Source: Candidatus Bathyarchaeia archaeon
Lineage (GTDB): Archaea; Thermoproteota; Bathyarchaeia; Bathyarchaeales; Bathycorpusculaceae
DNA: 64,000 nucleotides
Assembly: GCA_038868115.1 (NCBI GenBank)
Contig: JAWBXA010000001.1
Location: 2,379-66,378, forward strand
Direction: 5' to 3'
How positions within the stretch are numbered: the first letter of the stretch is position 1; every line of letters begins with the position of its first letter. The notes under the pieces were generated by a model, which was not told where the DNA came from, ran no database searches, and was given only the letters and a program-made list of their open reading frames with translations. Of the stretch, positions 53,147 to 63,623 are shown piece after piece. A program made the position numbers and the translations under genes.

Positions 53147-54325
53147 TCAACTTTTATCTGCCAAATCAATTATCATTTTGGTGGCTTTTTCTAATCCGTC
53201 ATATCTTAAAACTTCAGCTTGAACCTGTTCAACTTTTTCCAAATTGTTTGATGTAAGGGTTTGTTCGACAGTTTTGAGCAACTTATTTAGGCTTAAATTT
53301 TCTTGTTGAATCACTTTTGCAACGCCGATTTTCTTGGCTTGAACAGCATTGTTTATCTGTTCTGTATGGTTCGGCGTAGGCACAAGAATCATGGGTTTTC
53401 CATAACACATGCACTGGGTTATTGTGCCATGACCTGCGCGGCTTATAACTAAATCACAAGCCTTCAAGTATTCGAAACGATTTGGAATCCACTTGTAAAT
53501 TGTTAAGTTGCCATAGCATATAGGCGTAGTGTCCGCGTTTGGGTAACCCATTGATAACACAACCTCATAATCCTCTGGAAACTTCGTCAAGATTTTTCTT
53601 AAAATTCCAATGAAAAATGCCTTCTCTTTGACACTGCCGCTGATGGGTGCAAAAATGACGATTTTATTTTGGGGTAAATTTAGTCTTTTTCGGGTGACAC
53701 TTTTATCTGGCAACTTTTCCGGATAGACAGGCAAAATGGGTCCTATAAGGCGTACCTTTTGCCTGTAAGCCTTTGGAATGTTGAGATTGCCAGCACAAAT
53801 AGTGTAGGGTTGGGGAAAATCCGGTATTAAGACAATGTTCCCGCTTGCCCATATTTTTCCAATTATTGCAAGGGCAACGGAATCTGCAAATCTCGCCAGC
53901 CTTAGGAAACGTTTTCTCCGCGGTATTATTGGTTGAAACTGATTTAAAATACAAATTCTCGGTTTTCTCAGAATTTTTGCCGCCAGCAGCGGAGAAACGC
54001 GAGAATCTGATACAACGATATCCGGGTCAAAATTTCCAATAGCCTGTAGTTCAGCGTTTATTTGCCGCATTAATGTAAAAGAGGCGAAAAACGGTCCCGG
54101 ATTTATGGCTGTTTGCTTAAAATCTATTGCCCCGTCTGGTTTTACTTGGAAGCCTATTGGGGGAACCTTTAATAACGGGAGTTTTTCTCGCTGAATATAG
54201 GGGATTCCTTCCCGGTACGTTGAAAATATTACTTGGGCTTTTTGTTCTTGAAGTTTTTTGGCGATCGGTATGCATCTTCCAACATGTCCAAGTCCTATGC
54301 CGCATGGGGCAAAGTAAACCCGCAT
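53147..54325 (-). CDS. GT-B glycosyltransferase (MurG/UDP-glycosyltransferase-like, archaeal MJ1255-type)
   Basis: MRVYFAPCGIGLGHVGRC N-terminus and C-terminal ISRAGHGTITQ. The ATG at 54325 avoids overlap with the upstream gene. Confidence 0.75.
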   Translation of the reverse strand: MRVYFAPCGIGLGHVGRCIPIAKKLQEQKAQVIFSTYREGIPYIQREKLPLLKVPPIGFQVKPDGAIDFKQTAINPGPFFASFTLMRQINAELQAIGNFDPDIVVSDSRVSPLLAAKILRKPRICILNQFQPIIPRRKRFLRLARFADSVALAIIGKIWASGNIVLIPDFPQPYTICAGNLNIPKAYRQKVRLIGPILPVYPEKLPDKSVTRKRLNLPQNKIVIFAPISGSVKEKAFFIGILRKILTKFPEDYEVVLSMGYPNADTTPICYGNLTIYKWIPNRFEYLKACDLVISRAGHGTITQCMCYGKPMILVPTPNHTEQINNAVQAKKIGVAKVIQQENLSLNKLLKTVEQTLTSNNLEKVEQVQAEVLRYDGLEKATKMIIDLADKS

Positions 54326-54329
54326 GAAT

Positions 54330-54962
54330 CTATTTCCCGCCAAGGGTTTTCCGCCTAATTTCACCTCTTGGCTTTTCTTCCTCAAAGATTATGGCTTGAA
54401 ACTTGTAGACTTTTGTGCCCTTCATAAGCCAACAGTCTGGGGGCAAACCAGCCTTTACACAGCATTGGCATAGGAACTCTTCCTCATCCCAGTTCCATTC
54501 CACCGGCACTTGCGGCAAGAGAAGCCCTTTGTAAATTCCTCTTTCAATAATTAGCCCGTCTACGCCGACTTTAATTTTGGATGGGTACTCGTTTGGCTTT
54601 TCAACTTCAACAAGTTGCGGCGGAGTTAATACACTCACCTCGAAAACAACCTTGTCCAACTCACTTATAGAAAGGGGATAAAATCTCGGATCTTGGGTTG
54701 CAGAGCTTATGGCGGATTCTATGACTGCTTCGGCTAGAGGCGTTGTCGGATATGGAAGGCCTATACACCCCCGCAGTTCTTTTTCTCCACTTTCAATGCT
54801 GTTAATCGTTATAAACACGCCGCATGGTTGAAACAATTTTTCCGGCATTTCTTCTGGAACACGTATGCGCTTTCTTGTTTTTAGGTACTCTTCCACAGCA
54901 CTACGGGCAAGTTTGACGAGAATTTTGCCCTCTTCTAGGCTTAAATCGAAAGACAAGCGCAT
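54330..54962 (-). CDS. AMMECR1-domain protein
   Basis: 210 aa. CGVFITI...LRGCIG...SSATQDPRF is the AMMECR1 signature. Confidence 0.85.
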   Translation of the reverse strand: MRLSFDLSLEEGKILVKLARSAVEEYLKTRKRIRVPEEMPEKLFQPCGVFITINSIESGEKELRGCIGLPYPTTPLAEAVIESAISSATQDPRFYPLSISELDKVVFEVSVLTPPQLVEVEKPNEYPSKIKVGVDGLIIERGIYKGLLLPQVPVEWNWDEEEFLCQCCVKAGLPPDCWLMKGTKVYKFQAIIFEEEKPRGEIRRKTLGGK

Positions 54963-54988
54963 TTATCTCCCAGCTTTAATGGCCATTT

Positions 54989-55609
54989 TTAGAATTTTAT
55001 TGATTCCTCGCGGGCTCCATCCTTTGTTATGAATAGGAAGTCTATGCCGTCGCCGCTCATTACGTCCCTGCTTATAGCGGATTTTATTGCCCTAACGACA
55101 AGTTCTCTGCCCTCCTCCATGCTTAAGCCTTCCCTGTAGCTTTCCTCAAGAACCCCTATGGCAATTTCTGCGCCCGAACCTACAACAGCAAACTTGTCTG
55201 GTATAACTGAACCCAAAACGTCTAACACAAAAAGGGATGCGCCTTCGTCGTCTATTCCTCCAACAATCGTTTGGGTTATCAGTGGCGCCAACCTATTGGC
55301 GAAGAGTAAGTTTGACATAAGTTTGGCGGCAGATCTAACAGATATTGGTCTTCCAACATCCATATTGTACAAATTTGCATAAGCTTCAACTTCACGCACC
55401 AAAATTTGCATGTCTGAAACTAGCCCGGCGCATGCCGCACCAATATGGTCTGTTATTTTGAAGACCTTCTTCCCGCCTCTGCTCACAACCAAATATCCAT
55501 ACGAGACCCGCTTTTCAGAGGCAAGGATGACACTGTCTCTGCAAACTATGCCCACAGTTGTAGCGCCTGGAACCCATAGGTATTGTGGCATTTGCCCTTC
55601 CTTTTCCAC
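54989..55609 (-). CDS. psmB: Proteasome subunit beta
   Basis: 206 aa with a propeptide followed by GATTVGIV (catalytic Thr). Confidence 0.92.
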   Translation of the reverse strand: MEKEGQMPQYLWVPGATTVGIVCRDSVILASEKRVSYGYLVVSRGGKKVFKITDHIGAACAGLVSDMQILVREVEAYANLYNMDVGRPISVRSAAKLMSNLLFANRLAPLITQTIVGGIDDEGASLFVLDVLGSVIPDKFAVVGSGAEIAIGVLEESYREGLSMEEGRELVVRAIKSAISRDVMSGDGIDFLFITKDGAREESIKF

Positions 55610-55709
55610 GTTGTTTTCACCTTTTCACGGGATATGCGAGCACAACCTATTAAACTTAATGTCTCAAAGGCTCTACAAGGTTAAATAACCACCAACACCA
55701 TAACAAGCT

Positions 55710-56315
55710 GTGAAGGCAGCGCATATGATAAGCTTGTATTTAAGGCTTTACGACAACTCATGGTTTGGAGTGGCATTCAATGACAAAAGCATTTTCGCCA
55801 CAGCTTTCTCGACAAACAGGGAACAGGTTCTTCTCAGTTTGTTAGCAAGCATTCCATATGATATCCCTTTCCAATACGCTGAAGAGGGAACATTCCTCGC
55901 CGAAAAAGTGCTTGCCACATTAAAGGACATTTACAGTGGCAAGGACGTGAATAACAATTTTTCCCTAAACATGGAACCTTTGTCCAATTTTATGCAAAAG
56001 GTCTTGAAGGCTACCGCCAAGATTCCAGTGGGTTATGTGACCTCTTATGGAGCAGTTGCGAAGGCTATGGGTGGAAGCCCTAGGGCTGTGGGACGGGTGA
56101 TGGCTTTAAACCCATTTCCACTGCTCGTTCCATGTCATAGAGTTGTTGCTTCAGACTTTTCTTTGGGCGGGTACGGCGGAGGCTCGCAAGTCAAACTGGA
56201 AATATTAAACCGTGAAAAAAGGGGTTACAGCAAAAAACGAGAATTATCCATAGATGGGAGAAGACTGAAAATCTTTCCAGTGGAGCTCGTTCTAGAAAAG
56301 TTTCAAAGAATTTGA
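55710..56315 (+). CDS. ogt: Methylated-DNA--protein-cysteine methyltransferase
   Basis: 201 aa. IPVGYVTSYGAVA and VPCHRVV (active-site PCHR). Confidence 0.88.
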   Translation: MKAAHMISLYLRLYDNSWFGVAFNDKSIFATAFSTNREQVLLSLLASIPYDIPFQYAEEGTFLAEKVLATLKDIYSGKDVNNNFSLNMEPLSNFMQKVLKATAKIPVGYVTSYGAVAKAMGGSPRAVGRVMALNPFPLLVPCHRVVASDFSLGGYGGGSQVKLEILNREKRGYSKKRELSIDGRRLKIFPVELVLEKFQRI

Positions 56316-56376
56316 TAACGTTTTAACGTAAACAATAAAAGCCAATAACCAAATCTAGTGAAAAGAGTGGGGTTTC

Positions 56377-56901
56377 ATGGTTAAGCGTGGCCTTTTTGTT
56401 GGAAGGTTTCAGCCCTTCCATAATGGACACCTCAATGTTGTGAAAGATATTTTGAAGGAAGTTGACGAGCTGGTTATCGTTGTTGGCAGCGCCCAGTACA
56501 GCCACCGCATTGATAACCCCTTCACAACCGGCGAGAGACTTGTCATGATTCGGAGGGCTTTGGAGGAGGCTGGAATAGATTTGGGTCGTATATGGATCGT
56601 GCCTGTTCCAGATGTCCACATACATATGGTTTGGGTTTCGGCTGTTGAAGGCTATGTGCCGCATTTTAGTGTTGTTTACTCCAACGAGCCTTTAACGCGG
56701 AGACTTTTCATAGAAGCTGGCTACGAGGTTAAGTCAATACGCTTCCATAGGCGTAAAGTTTATTCCGCCACCGAGATAAGGGAGAGAATACTGAAAGACG
56801 GAAACTGGGAAGAACTTGTCCCAAAAAGTGTGGCTCAATTCATAAAAGAAATTGGCGGCGTTGAGAGACTTAAAGACCTAACTAAGAGCGATAAAGTATA
56901 A
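56377..56901 (+). CDS. nadM: Nicotinamide-nucleotide adenylyltransferase (archaeal type)
   Basis: 174 aa. GLFVGRFQPFHNGHL is the (H/T)xGH nucleotidyltransferase motif, in an archaeal NMNAT context. Confidence 0.9.
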   Translation: MVKRGLFVGRFQPFHNGHLNVVKDILKEVDELVIVVGSAQYSHRIDNPFTTGERLVMIRRALEEAGIDLGRIWIVPVPDVHIHMVWVSAVEGYVPHFSVVYSNEPLTRRLFIEAGYEVKSIRFHRRKVYSATEIRERILKDGNWEELVPKSVAQFIKEIGGVERLKDLTKSDKV

Positions 56902-57685
56902 CCTTATCTCCAACTTTAACTTTGAACATTTCAGCCGCGCTTCCCTGATTTACTGATATCTCTAAAAGGTCATGGCTACCAATTAGCGCCAGTGGCTTTT
57001 TGGCTTCTACTTCGGCATAAGCCTTACAGAGCTTTAGCCTACATCTGGTCTCTCCAATTTTTATGCTTAAACTTTCCCTTACCCCAAGGCATCCCAGCTC
57101 TTTCGACGTGAAGTTTGCAATTACGTTACCGAAACTGTCAACATGGATTATTTCACCAACCAGAGTTGAACCTTTCCTGACAATTTTTGCAAACCGTGGT
57201 TTCACAAGTCTGCGGATTTCCGATCCAAACTCTGATGGCGGAACACCTTTTGATAGGTGGGCGGCTGCCGGAGCGAAAATATCTCTTCCGTGAAAAGTTG
57301 TTGAAACTTTGGGAAGCATGTATTTGGGATTGGCTATTTCATAAACATGCTTTATGCCCTGTTTCTCCGCCGCTAAGGTTAAAACTCCGTTGTCCGGTCC
57401 TATGAAAAAGCCGCCTTCTGTCTCTATCAGAATTGGTTTACGTTTTGTCCCAACACCTGGATCTACAACAGCCACATGTATTGTGCCCTTTGGAAAGTAT
57501 GACGCTGCGCTTGCCAAAACATATGCGCCCATTCTTATGTTGAACTTTTCTATTTGGTGGCTTATGTCAATTATTTGTACACATGGGTTTATGCTTAAAA
57601 TAACCGCCTTAATCTCCGCCACATAGGGGTCTGCAAGCCCGAAATCTGTTGTCAATGTTATGAACGGGATCATCGCTTGAACCAC
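56882..57685 (-). CDS. SAM hydroxide adenosyltransferase (DUF62, fluorinase/chlorinase-like family)
   Basis: 267 aa. ITLTTDFGLADPYVAEIKAVI, VAVVDPGVGT and TFHGRDIFAP. Confidence 0.85.
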   Translation of the reverse strand: MVQAMIPFITLTTDFGLADPYVAEIKAVILSINPCVQIIDISHQIEKFNIRMGAYVLASAASYFPKGTIHVAVVDPGVGTKRKPILIETEGGFFIGPDNGVLTLAAEKQGIKHVYEIANPKYMLPKVSTTFHGRDIFAPAAAHLSKGVPPSEFGSEIRRLVKPRFAKIVRKGSTLVGEIIHVDSFGNVIANFTSKELGCLGVRESLSIKIGETRCRLKLCKAYAEVEAKKPLALIGSHDLLEISVNQGSAAEMFKVKVGDKVILYRS

Positions 57686-58030
57686 CGCCTTAATTTGCGC
57701 TGGCTTCCTACGCTGGTATGCGAAATTTACATGCTTTAACTTAACCCATTAATTAATGTGGTTCCAGATTTTTGGGTTTCATAATTCTAATTTCTACGGT
57801 GCAGCTTCATTTTTAAGAAATACGATATATGCAGAAGCAATAATATGCGCATTTTTGGCTTTTTTAAACGTTTCTTGTTTCTATACTGGCTGGACAAATT
57901 GCCGACTTATGTTTGAGCTATTTTTCTGGCCATTATTCACGGCTGACGATGACGCCATAAGAAGGTACTGCAAATTGTCGCTTTTCTGTGCTCATTGAAA
58001 GAATCGCCATGCCTTAGCTTCAAGGCGTTT

Positions 58031-58801
58031 TCAAAGCTTAGTTTTTGGCTCAAAACTGCTCATGAAAATGCACCGTTCTGATGGCATGGCCATATCCCTC
58101 GGGCCATAAACTCCGTCGCCAAAGCTTACGGGCGCTTCTTTAATTAAAACCGCCGGGATTGCTTCTGAAGTCTCCCCCATTAGAAGATGTGCTGCCGACG
58201 CCAAGTCATCTGCAACAGCATGCAACGTGATAGCCAATTTTTTCCCAAAAATGTCCTTTTTGCCTCTGCAATCCACGACTGGTTTGAAACCAGCGGTGGC
58301 CAAGGCTAATCCTGTTGTGCCAAGCCTTAGTGGTCTTAAGCCACTATCAACGATTAAAACCGCGATCTTCTTTCCAGTTTTGTGCATTAATTCTTTCCTA
58401 ATGTTTCTCGCCCATTTCTCCGGGTTTTTAGGCCATAAAACAACAGCGCCGTGTGGAGCGTTTTTGTTATCTATCCCAGCATTCGGCGTCAAAACTCCGT
58501 GTTTAAGCGTTAAGACAGCCTTTTCCACCCCGCCGCAGATTTCCTCCGCCTCTTGCATAATCAGTTCGGCAAGTTCTGGTGGTATAGCATATTTGTTGGC
58601 CAGTTTTTCAGCTTTTTCAGATGGTCTAACTTTTCCTAACTCCACTACACGACCTTCTGCGTAGGCTATGACTTTTGACGCTAATGCTAGGATATCCTTG
58701 TCATCGAATTTTAGCCCTTGCTTTTCCATCGCTTTTAAGACGATGTCAACTATGTTGTCTCCTCTTTTTATAACATCAGTCACTATTGGGAAAAGTTTCA
58801 A
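58031..58801 (-). CDS. cofE: Coenzyme F420-0:L-glutamate ligase
   Basis: 256 aa with NAGIDNKNAP, AVLIVDSGLRPLRLGTTGLALA and ADDLASAAHLLMGE. Confidence 0.85.
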   Translation of the reverse strand: MKLFPIVTDVIKRGDNIVDIVLKAMEKQGLKFDDKDILALASKVIAYAEGRVVELGKVRPSEKAEKLANKYAIPPELAELIMQEAEEICGGVEKAVLTLKHGVLTPNAGIDNKNAPHGAVVLWPKNPEKWARNIRKELMHKTGKKIAVLIVDSGLRPLRLGTTGLALATAGFKPVVDCRGKKDIFGKKLAITLHAVADDLASAAHLLMGETSEAIPAVLIKEAPVSFGDGVYGPRDMAMPSERCIFMSSFEPKTKL

Positions 58802-58805
58802 AGGC

Positions 58806-59090
58806 TCACCCTCCGTGGGAAATTGGAATCAAAACCACTTCATCCCCGTCCTTAAGAACCGTTTCTAAACCCTTTAAGACGCTGATTTCTCGGCCGTTCA
58901 CAATTATTAGGGTGTTTGGTCTTGGATCACCTAGCTCTGGGTCGATTAGGACTCTTTCCATTTTTGGGAATTCTTCGGTGATTCGCTTTACAGCTTCTTT
59001 GAGTTGTGCGCCTTCATTTAATTCTAGTGTTACCTTATCCTTGTTTGTTATGTTGCGGAAACTCCCAATAAACCTAAAGTTAACCTTCAT
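58806..59090 (-). CDS. MoaD/ThiS-family ubiquitin-like small protein (SAMP-like), C-terminal GG
   Basis: 94 aa, ending in ...DGDEVVLIPISHGG. Confidence 0.8.
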   Translation of the reverse strand: MKVNFRFIGSFRNITNKDKVTLELNEGAQLKEAVKRITEEFPKMERVLIDPELGDPRPNTLIIVNGREISVLKGLETVLKDGDEVVLIPISHGG

Positions 59091-59118
59091 CTTTCTTGTC
59101 CTCTCTCTATGAAGATGC

Positions 59119-60495
59119 TTATAATACTATGACAACTGAAACATCGTTAACATTTGTGCCTGTTGGACCTGTAAAAATTAGATCGTTAAGTTTGAGAAAG
59201 AAGTTGTAAGCGTTGTTGTCGACTAGGAATTCCTCAGCTCTAAGCCCTAGAGCCTCAGCTCTGGCTATAGTTTTTCCGTCGGCTATTGCTCCAGCAGCGT
59301 CTGTTGGTCCATCCACCCCATCAGTGCTTAACGAGGCTGTAACAACCCCTTCCAAGCCTTTAATTTTCAGCGAGGCTGCTAAGGCTATTTCTTGGTTCCT
59401 TCCGCCTTTGCCTTTTCCAGTAACAGTGACCGTTGTTTCGCCGCCAGCCACTATGCCAGCAGGCTTCTTAATTGGATTTCCGGAAGCTAAAATTTCACGG
59501 GCTAGCGAAGCAAGCACGGTTCCAACGTGCCTTGCTTCACCTTCAAGAAGAGATGTTAACAGAAGCGTATTCAACCCTTCAGATCTAAGGGTTTCACGTG
59601 CTGCCATGCTTGCAGCTCTGTTGTTTCCGATAACAACATTGAAAACCTTTTTGAAGGCTTCGTCGCCAGCCTTCGGCGTCTCTGGGATAAGCCCCTTCTC
59701 CCCATCCGCCAAGACTTTCCTTACAGATTTGGGAGCTTTATCCCACAAGCCATATTTCTTCAAGACTTTTATGGCATCACTAAAGGTTGTTGAGTCTGGA
59801 ACCGTGGGGCCAGAGGCAATAAAATCCAGCGGGTCGCCCGGAACATCTGATAGGATGAGGTTCAGTATTGTCGCCGGATAAGCCTTCTTCGCAAGCCATC
59901 CGCCCTTAAATTCTGAGATGTGCTTTCTAACAGTGTTTATCTCGTTTATTGTGGCACCGCACTTTAGCAAGTCTTCTGTTATTTGCCTCTTGTCTGCCAT
60001 TGTTATTTCGCTTCTCGGCATTGGCATAAGGCTGGAACCTCCGCCTGAAATTAGGCATATAATCAGATCTTCTTCTTCGGCTTTTTCTGCTATTTCAAGC
60101 ATTTTTCTTGTTCCTTCAACCCCAGATTCGTCAGGGATTGGGTGACTAGCCCCATGAAGTCTAATTATTCTTGTTTTATGCTTGTTCTCTTTTGGAACAT
60201 TTACAAGTCCACCTATGATTTTGTCGCCCAAAACTTCTTCTAAGGCTTCAGCCATTGAGCCGCTTGCCTTCCCCCCACCTATCACATATATGTTCTTGAA
60301 CTTTCTAATGTCAAAAACATGTTCACCAACGTAGAGAATTGAGTCCTTGAGCTTAAGTTTCGATTTAATTAACGATTTTGGGTCTACAGCTTTTATGGCG
60401 GCTTCAAGGCTTTTTATAGCTAGTTCCCTCGCTCTTTTATCAAGCTTCGTCTCGCCGTTCTGAATTAATTGCCCCAAATTCTTAACAATCACCAT
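59119..60495 (-). CDS. Glycerate 2-kinase (DUF4147/MOFRL family, TtuD-like)
   Basis: 458 aa with IGGGKASGSMA, ISGGGSSL and a C-terminal MOFRL-like LSTDGVDGPTDAAGA. Confidence 0.85.
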   Translation of the reverse strand: MVIVKNLGQLIQNGETKLDKRARELAIKSLEAAIKAVDPKSLIKSKLKLKDSILYVGEHVFDIRKFKNIYVIGGGKASGSMAEALEEVLGDKIIGGLVNVPKENKHKTRIIRLHGASHPIPDESGVEGTRKMLEIAEKAEEEDLIICLISGGGSSLMPMPRSEITMADKRQITEDLLKCGATINEINTVRKHISEFKGGWLAKKAYPATILNLILSDVPGDPLDFIASGPTVPDSTTFSDAIKVLKKYGLWDKAPKSVRKVLADGEKGLIPETPKAGDEAFKKVFNVVIGNNRAASMAARETLRSEGLNTLLLTSLLEGEARHVGTVLASLAREILASGNPIKKPAGIVAGGETTVTVTGKGKGGRNQEIALAASLKIKGLEGVVTASLSTDGVDGPTDAAGAIADGKTIARAEALGLRAEEFLVDNNAYNFFLKLNDLIFTGPTGTNVNDVSVVIVL

Positions 60496-60585
60496 TCGTA
60501 GTACCGCCGAAGCTTTTAAGGACAGGGAATCGTAAATGTAATAAGTTGAGTGTTATAAAGTGTTTTGCATCGTGTGGTGAACATT

Positions 60586-61593
60586 ATGTCAAAGCCTAAG
60601 GTTTACGTAACCCGTGAGCTTCCAGAAAGAGGAATGAAAATAATAAAGGAGCGCTTTGACGCTGAAGTTTGGCCAGAATATGGTCCGCCGCCGAAGGCGG
60701 AAATAATAAGAAAGGCGCGGGATGTTGACGCCTTAGTCACGCTTTTGTCGGATAAGATTGATTCTGAAGTTTTTGATGCTGCGCCAAAACTGAAAATCGT
60801 CGCCCAGATGGCTGTTGGCTTCGATAATATAGATGTTGCCGAAGCCACAAGGAGGGGTATATATGTGACAAACACTCCTGGCGTTTTAACAGAAACTACA
60901 GCAGATTTCGCTTGGGCTTTGTTGATGGCTGTTGCGAGACGAGTCGTTGAGGCAGACAAATATGTTCGCACCGGGCAGTGGAAAGTCAGCTGGCACCCAA
61001 GCATGCTTCTTGGCAGAGATGTTTACGGCGCAACTCTTGGCATTGTGGGAGCCGGCAGAATAGGGACAGCAGTCGCGCGAAGGGCAAAGGGCTTCAACAT
61101 GAAAATTCTCTATTATGATGTTGTGCCTATGCCGCCTGAAGTAGAGAAGGAGCTCAATGCGAAACGTGTGGACTTGGACACGCTTCTAAGGGAATCCGAC
61201 TTTGTCAGCATCCACGTGCCCTTAACGAAGGAAACATACCACTTAATTAACGAGAAGAAGCTCAAGCTAATGAAGAAGACAGCCTACCTAATCAACAATT
61301 CCAGAGGACCGGTGGTGGATGAAAAAGCCCTATACAAGGCGTTGAAGGAAGGATGTATTGCCGGAGCAGCCTTAGACGTTTTTGAGCAGGAACCTACACC
61401 GGTGGATAATCCTCTGCTTAAACTTGACAACGTCGTTGTGGCACCCCACATTTCGAGTGCCAGCTATGAAACCCGTTCAAGAATGGCTGAGATGGTTGCG
61501 GAAAATCTGGTTGCCTTCTTCGAGGGAAAAACTCCGCCGAACCTCGTTAACCAAGACGTTGTTAAAGTACACCCGTTATCCAAGCTCTTTTAA
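60586..61593 (+). CDS. gyaR: Glyoxylate/hydroxypyruvate reductase (D-2-hydroxyacid dehydrogenase)
   Basis: [25 protein letters not shown] and APHISSA. The ATG at 60586 gives [12 protein letters not shown]. Confidence 0.88.
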   Translation: MSKPKVYVTRELPERGMKIIKERFDAEVWPEYGPPPKAEIIRKARDVDALVTLLSDKIDSEVFDAAPKLKIVAQMAVGFDNIDVAEATRRGIYVTNTPGVLTETTADFAWALLMAVARRVVEADKYVRTGQWKVSWHPSMLLGRDVYGATLGIVGAGRIGTAVARRAKGFNMKILYYDVVPMPPEVEKELNAKRVDLDTLLRESDFVSIHVPLTKETYHLINEKKLKLMKKTAYLINNSRGPVVDEKALYKALKEGCIAGAALDVFEQEPTPVDNPLLKLDNVVVAPHISSASYETRSRMAEMVAENLVAFFEGKTPPNLVNQDVVKVHPLSKLF

Positions 61594-61684
61594 ACAATCA
61601 TTTTAAACTTTTTAACTAATGGTTAAATATTTCATCCATGTAACTTGACTTTCAATAGCCCTCTCAGAACATTGGTGGTTGTTG

Positions 61685-62863
61685 ATGGTTTCCATATTCG
61701 CAAAAAGAATGGAATCCCTCGGAACTGAAACGGCTTTTGAGGTGCTTGCCCGCGCAAAAGCCCTTGAAAAGCAAGGCAAAGAGATAATTCACTTGGAAAT
61801 AGGAGAACCAGACTTTAACACGCCCCAAAACATTAAAGAAGCCGCAGTAAAGGCTCTTTATGCTGGCTATACCCACTATGTACCAGCTGCCGGCATCCCA
61901 GAATTACGAGAAGCCATAGCCGAGTATGTTTCAAAAACTAGGAACATTCCCGTTGACCCAGAAGAGGTTGTTGTCACGCCCGGAGCTAAGCCAATAATGT
62001 TTTTCGCCATATTGGCATGTGTTGAACGCGGCGATGAGGTCTTGTATCCAAATCCAGGTTTTCCAATCTATGAATCCATGGTAAATTTTGTTGGAGCCAA
62101 ACCAGTACCCATCCCGCTAAAAGAAGAGAATGATTTCCGACTGGAGCACGAGTATGTTAAGGCCAAGATAACTAAGAAGACTAAAATGATTATTTTGAAC
62201 TCGCCTGAAAACCCAACAGGTGGCGTTTTAACAAAGGAGGATTTAAAGGTTATAGCCGACTGCATAGCCAAAAGAGACGACATTATAGTGCTTTCAGACG
62301 AGATCTATAGCAGAATAATTTACGAGGGAACCCATGAAAGTATCGCATCGCTTCCAGGAATGAAGGAGAAAACCATAATTTTGGACGGTTTTTCGAAAAC
62401 CTACGCCATGACGGGCTGGAGGCTCGGCTACGGAATCATGAGGAAAGACCTAGCTGAAAAAATCACACAGCTAATGATTAATTCGAACTCTTGCACATGC
62501 GCCTTTGTCCAAATAGCTGGAGTTGAAGCCCTAAAGGGACCACAAGACTCTGTTGAAAAAATGGTTGCAGAGTTTAGGAAACGGAGAGAAGTTATTGTTT
62601 CCGGCTTGAATAACATTAAGGGTATAACTTGTAGAAAGCCTAAGGGCGCCTTCTATGTCTTCCCGAACATAACAGGGGTTGGAAAGACATCTAAAGAATT
62701 TTCAGATTATTTACTCAACGAGGCTGGTGTGGCTGTTCTGCCAGGCACTTCCTTCGGTAAATATGGCGAGGGATATCTACGCATATCTTTTGCAAACTCC
62801 ATTGAGAACATTAAAAAGGCTTTAGACCGAATAAGTAAGGCTGTTGAAAAACTTAAAAGTTAG
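61685..62863 (+). CDS. Class-I pyridoxal-phosphate aminotransferase (aspartate/aromatic-type)
   Basis: LEIGEPDF, NSPENPTGG, and SFSKTYAMTGWRLGY (PLP-lysine region). The start is taken at ATG 61685. Confidence 0.88.
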   Translation: MVSIFAKRMESLGTETAFEVLARAKALEKQGKEIIHLEIGEPDFNTPQNIKEAAVKALYAGYTHYVPAAGIPELREAIAEYVSKTRNIPVDPEEVVVTPGAKPIMFFAILACVERGDEVLYPNPGFPIYESMVNFVGAKPVPIPLKEENDFRLEHEYVKAKITKKTKMIILNSPENPTGGVLTKEDLKVIADCIAKRDDIIVLSDEIYSRIIYEGTHESIASLPGMKEKTIILDGFSKTYAMTGWRLGYGIMRKDLAEKITQLMINSNSCTCAFVQIAGVEALKGPQDSVEKMVAEFRKRREVIVSGLNNIKGITCRKPKGAFYVFPNITGVGKTSKEFSDYLLNEAGVAVLPGTSFGKYGEGYLRISFANSIENIKKALDRISKAVEKLKS

Positions 62864-62878
62864 GCAGCTTTTCGCTCC

Positions 62879-63253
62879 TTAATCTTCTACTTTTTCTCCT
62901 ATGATTGTTTCAACAATTTCCGAGGCTAGCTGTATTAGGTTGTCGGCCTGTTTTACGGCTTTTTCCTCGTTCACTTCTTCAATTTGTGCCATTTGCTGTA
63001 ACATCCCATCAATTTCCACCAAGCACCTTAAAACCGGGTCGTTTCCAAACTGCATTTTTTCAACAGCCTCTCTGACGACGTTTTCTATGAACGCTGGCTC
63101 TCCTAGGCTGTAGTATATGGCGTTTCTAGCTTTTCTTATGGCTTCTAGAATTAGGCTTGAAGCCATGTAAGGCATTTTCCTTGCAGCTTCAAGCTCTGCT
63201 TTTGCCTCACGTAGGTATCTTAAAGCCCAGCCTCGCCTATATTGGTCTATCAT
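62879..63253 (-). CDS. Hypothetical all-helical protein (HEPN/PaREP1-like shape, no catalytic RxxxxH seen)
   Basis: 124 aa. Predicted helical bundle (YLREAKAELEAARKMPYMASSLILEAIRKARNAIYY). No family is assignable by eye. Confidence 0.35.
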   Translation of the reverse strand: MIDQYRRGWALRYLREAKAELEAARKMPYMASSLILEAIRKARNAIYYSLGEPAFIENVVREAVEKMQFGNDPVLRCLVEIDGMLQQMAQIEEVNEEKAVKQADNLIQLASEIVETIIGEKVED

Positions 63254-63302
63254 AAACTACAGCCTCATCCAACCTTTTTAAAATGAAGGCAATCTAATAA
63301 AG

Positions 63303-63527
63303 TTACTCGCTTTCCTCTCGGCTTCCATTAGACGCTGGTGTTTCCATGCCTGAATAAATGTGGGTTATGTATCCGGCAATCTGGTTTCGCACTCGAGTTG
63401 TTGTCCCTTGCAAAAGCATGGTTACAACCCGCTTGTTTTCTTCAAAGTCGCTGGAAAACTTGTTAGGAAAACGCCTAATAAGTTCTTTGGCTATGCGTTT
63501 AACGTGTTCTGTGCGAACTTTTCCCAA
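63303..63527 (-). CDS. rps17e: 30S ribosomal protein S17e
   Basis: 74 aa with the N-terminus MGKVRTEHVKRIAKELIRRFPNKFSSDFEENK. Confidence 0.92.
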   Translation of the reverse strand: MGKVRTEHVKRIAKELIRRFPNKFSSDFEENKRVVTMLLQGTTTRVRNQIAGYITHIYSGMETPASNGSREESE

Positions 63528-63623
63528 GCTTCATTGTCCCCCAAGCACCCTCTCCATGCCGTTCCACACAGCGCTTAAAGTATACACTCATAACAAAAAG
63601 GCTAAATTTAAATTTACGCGTCG

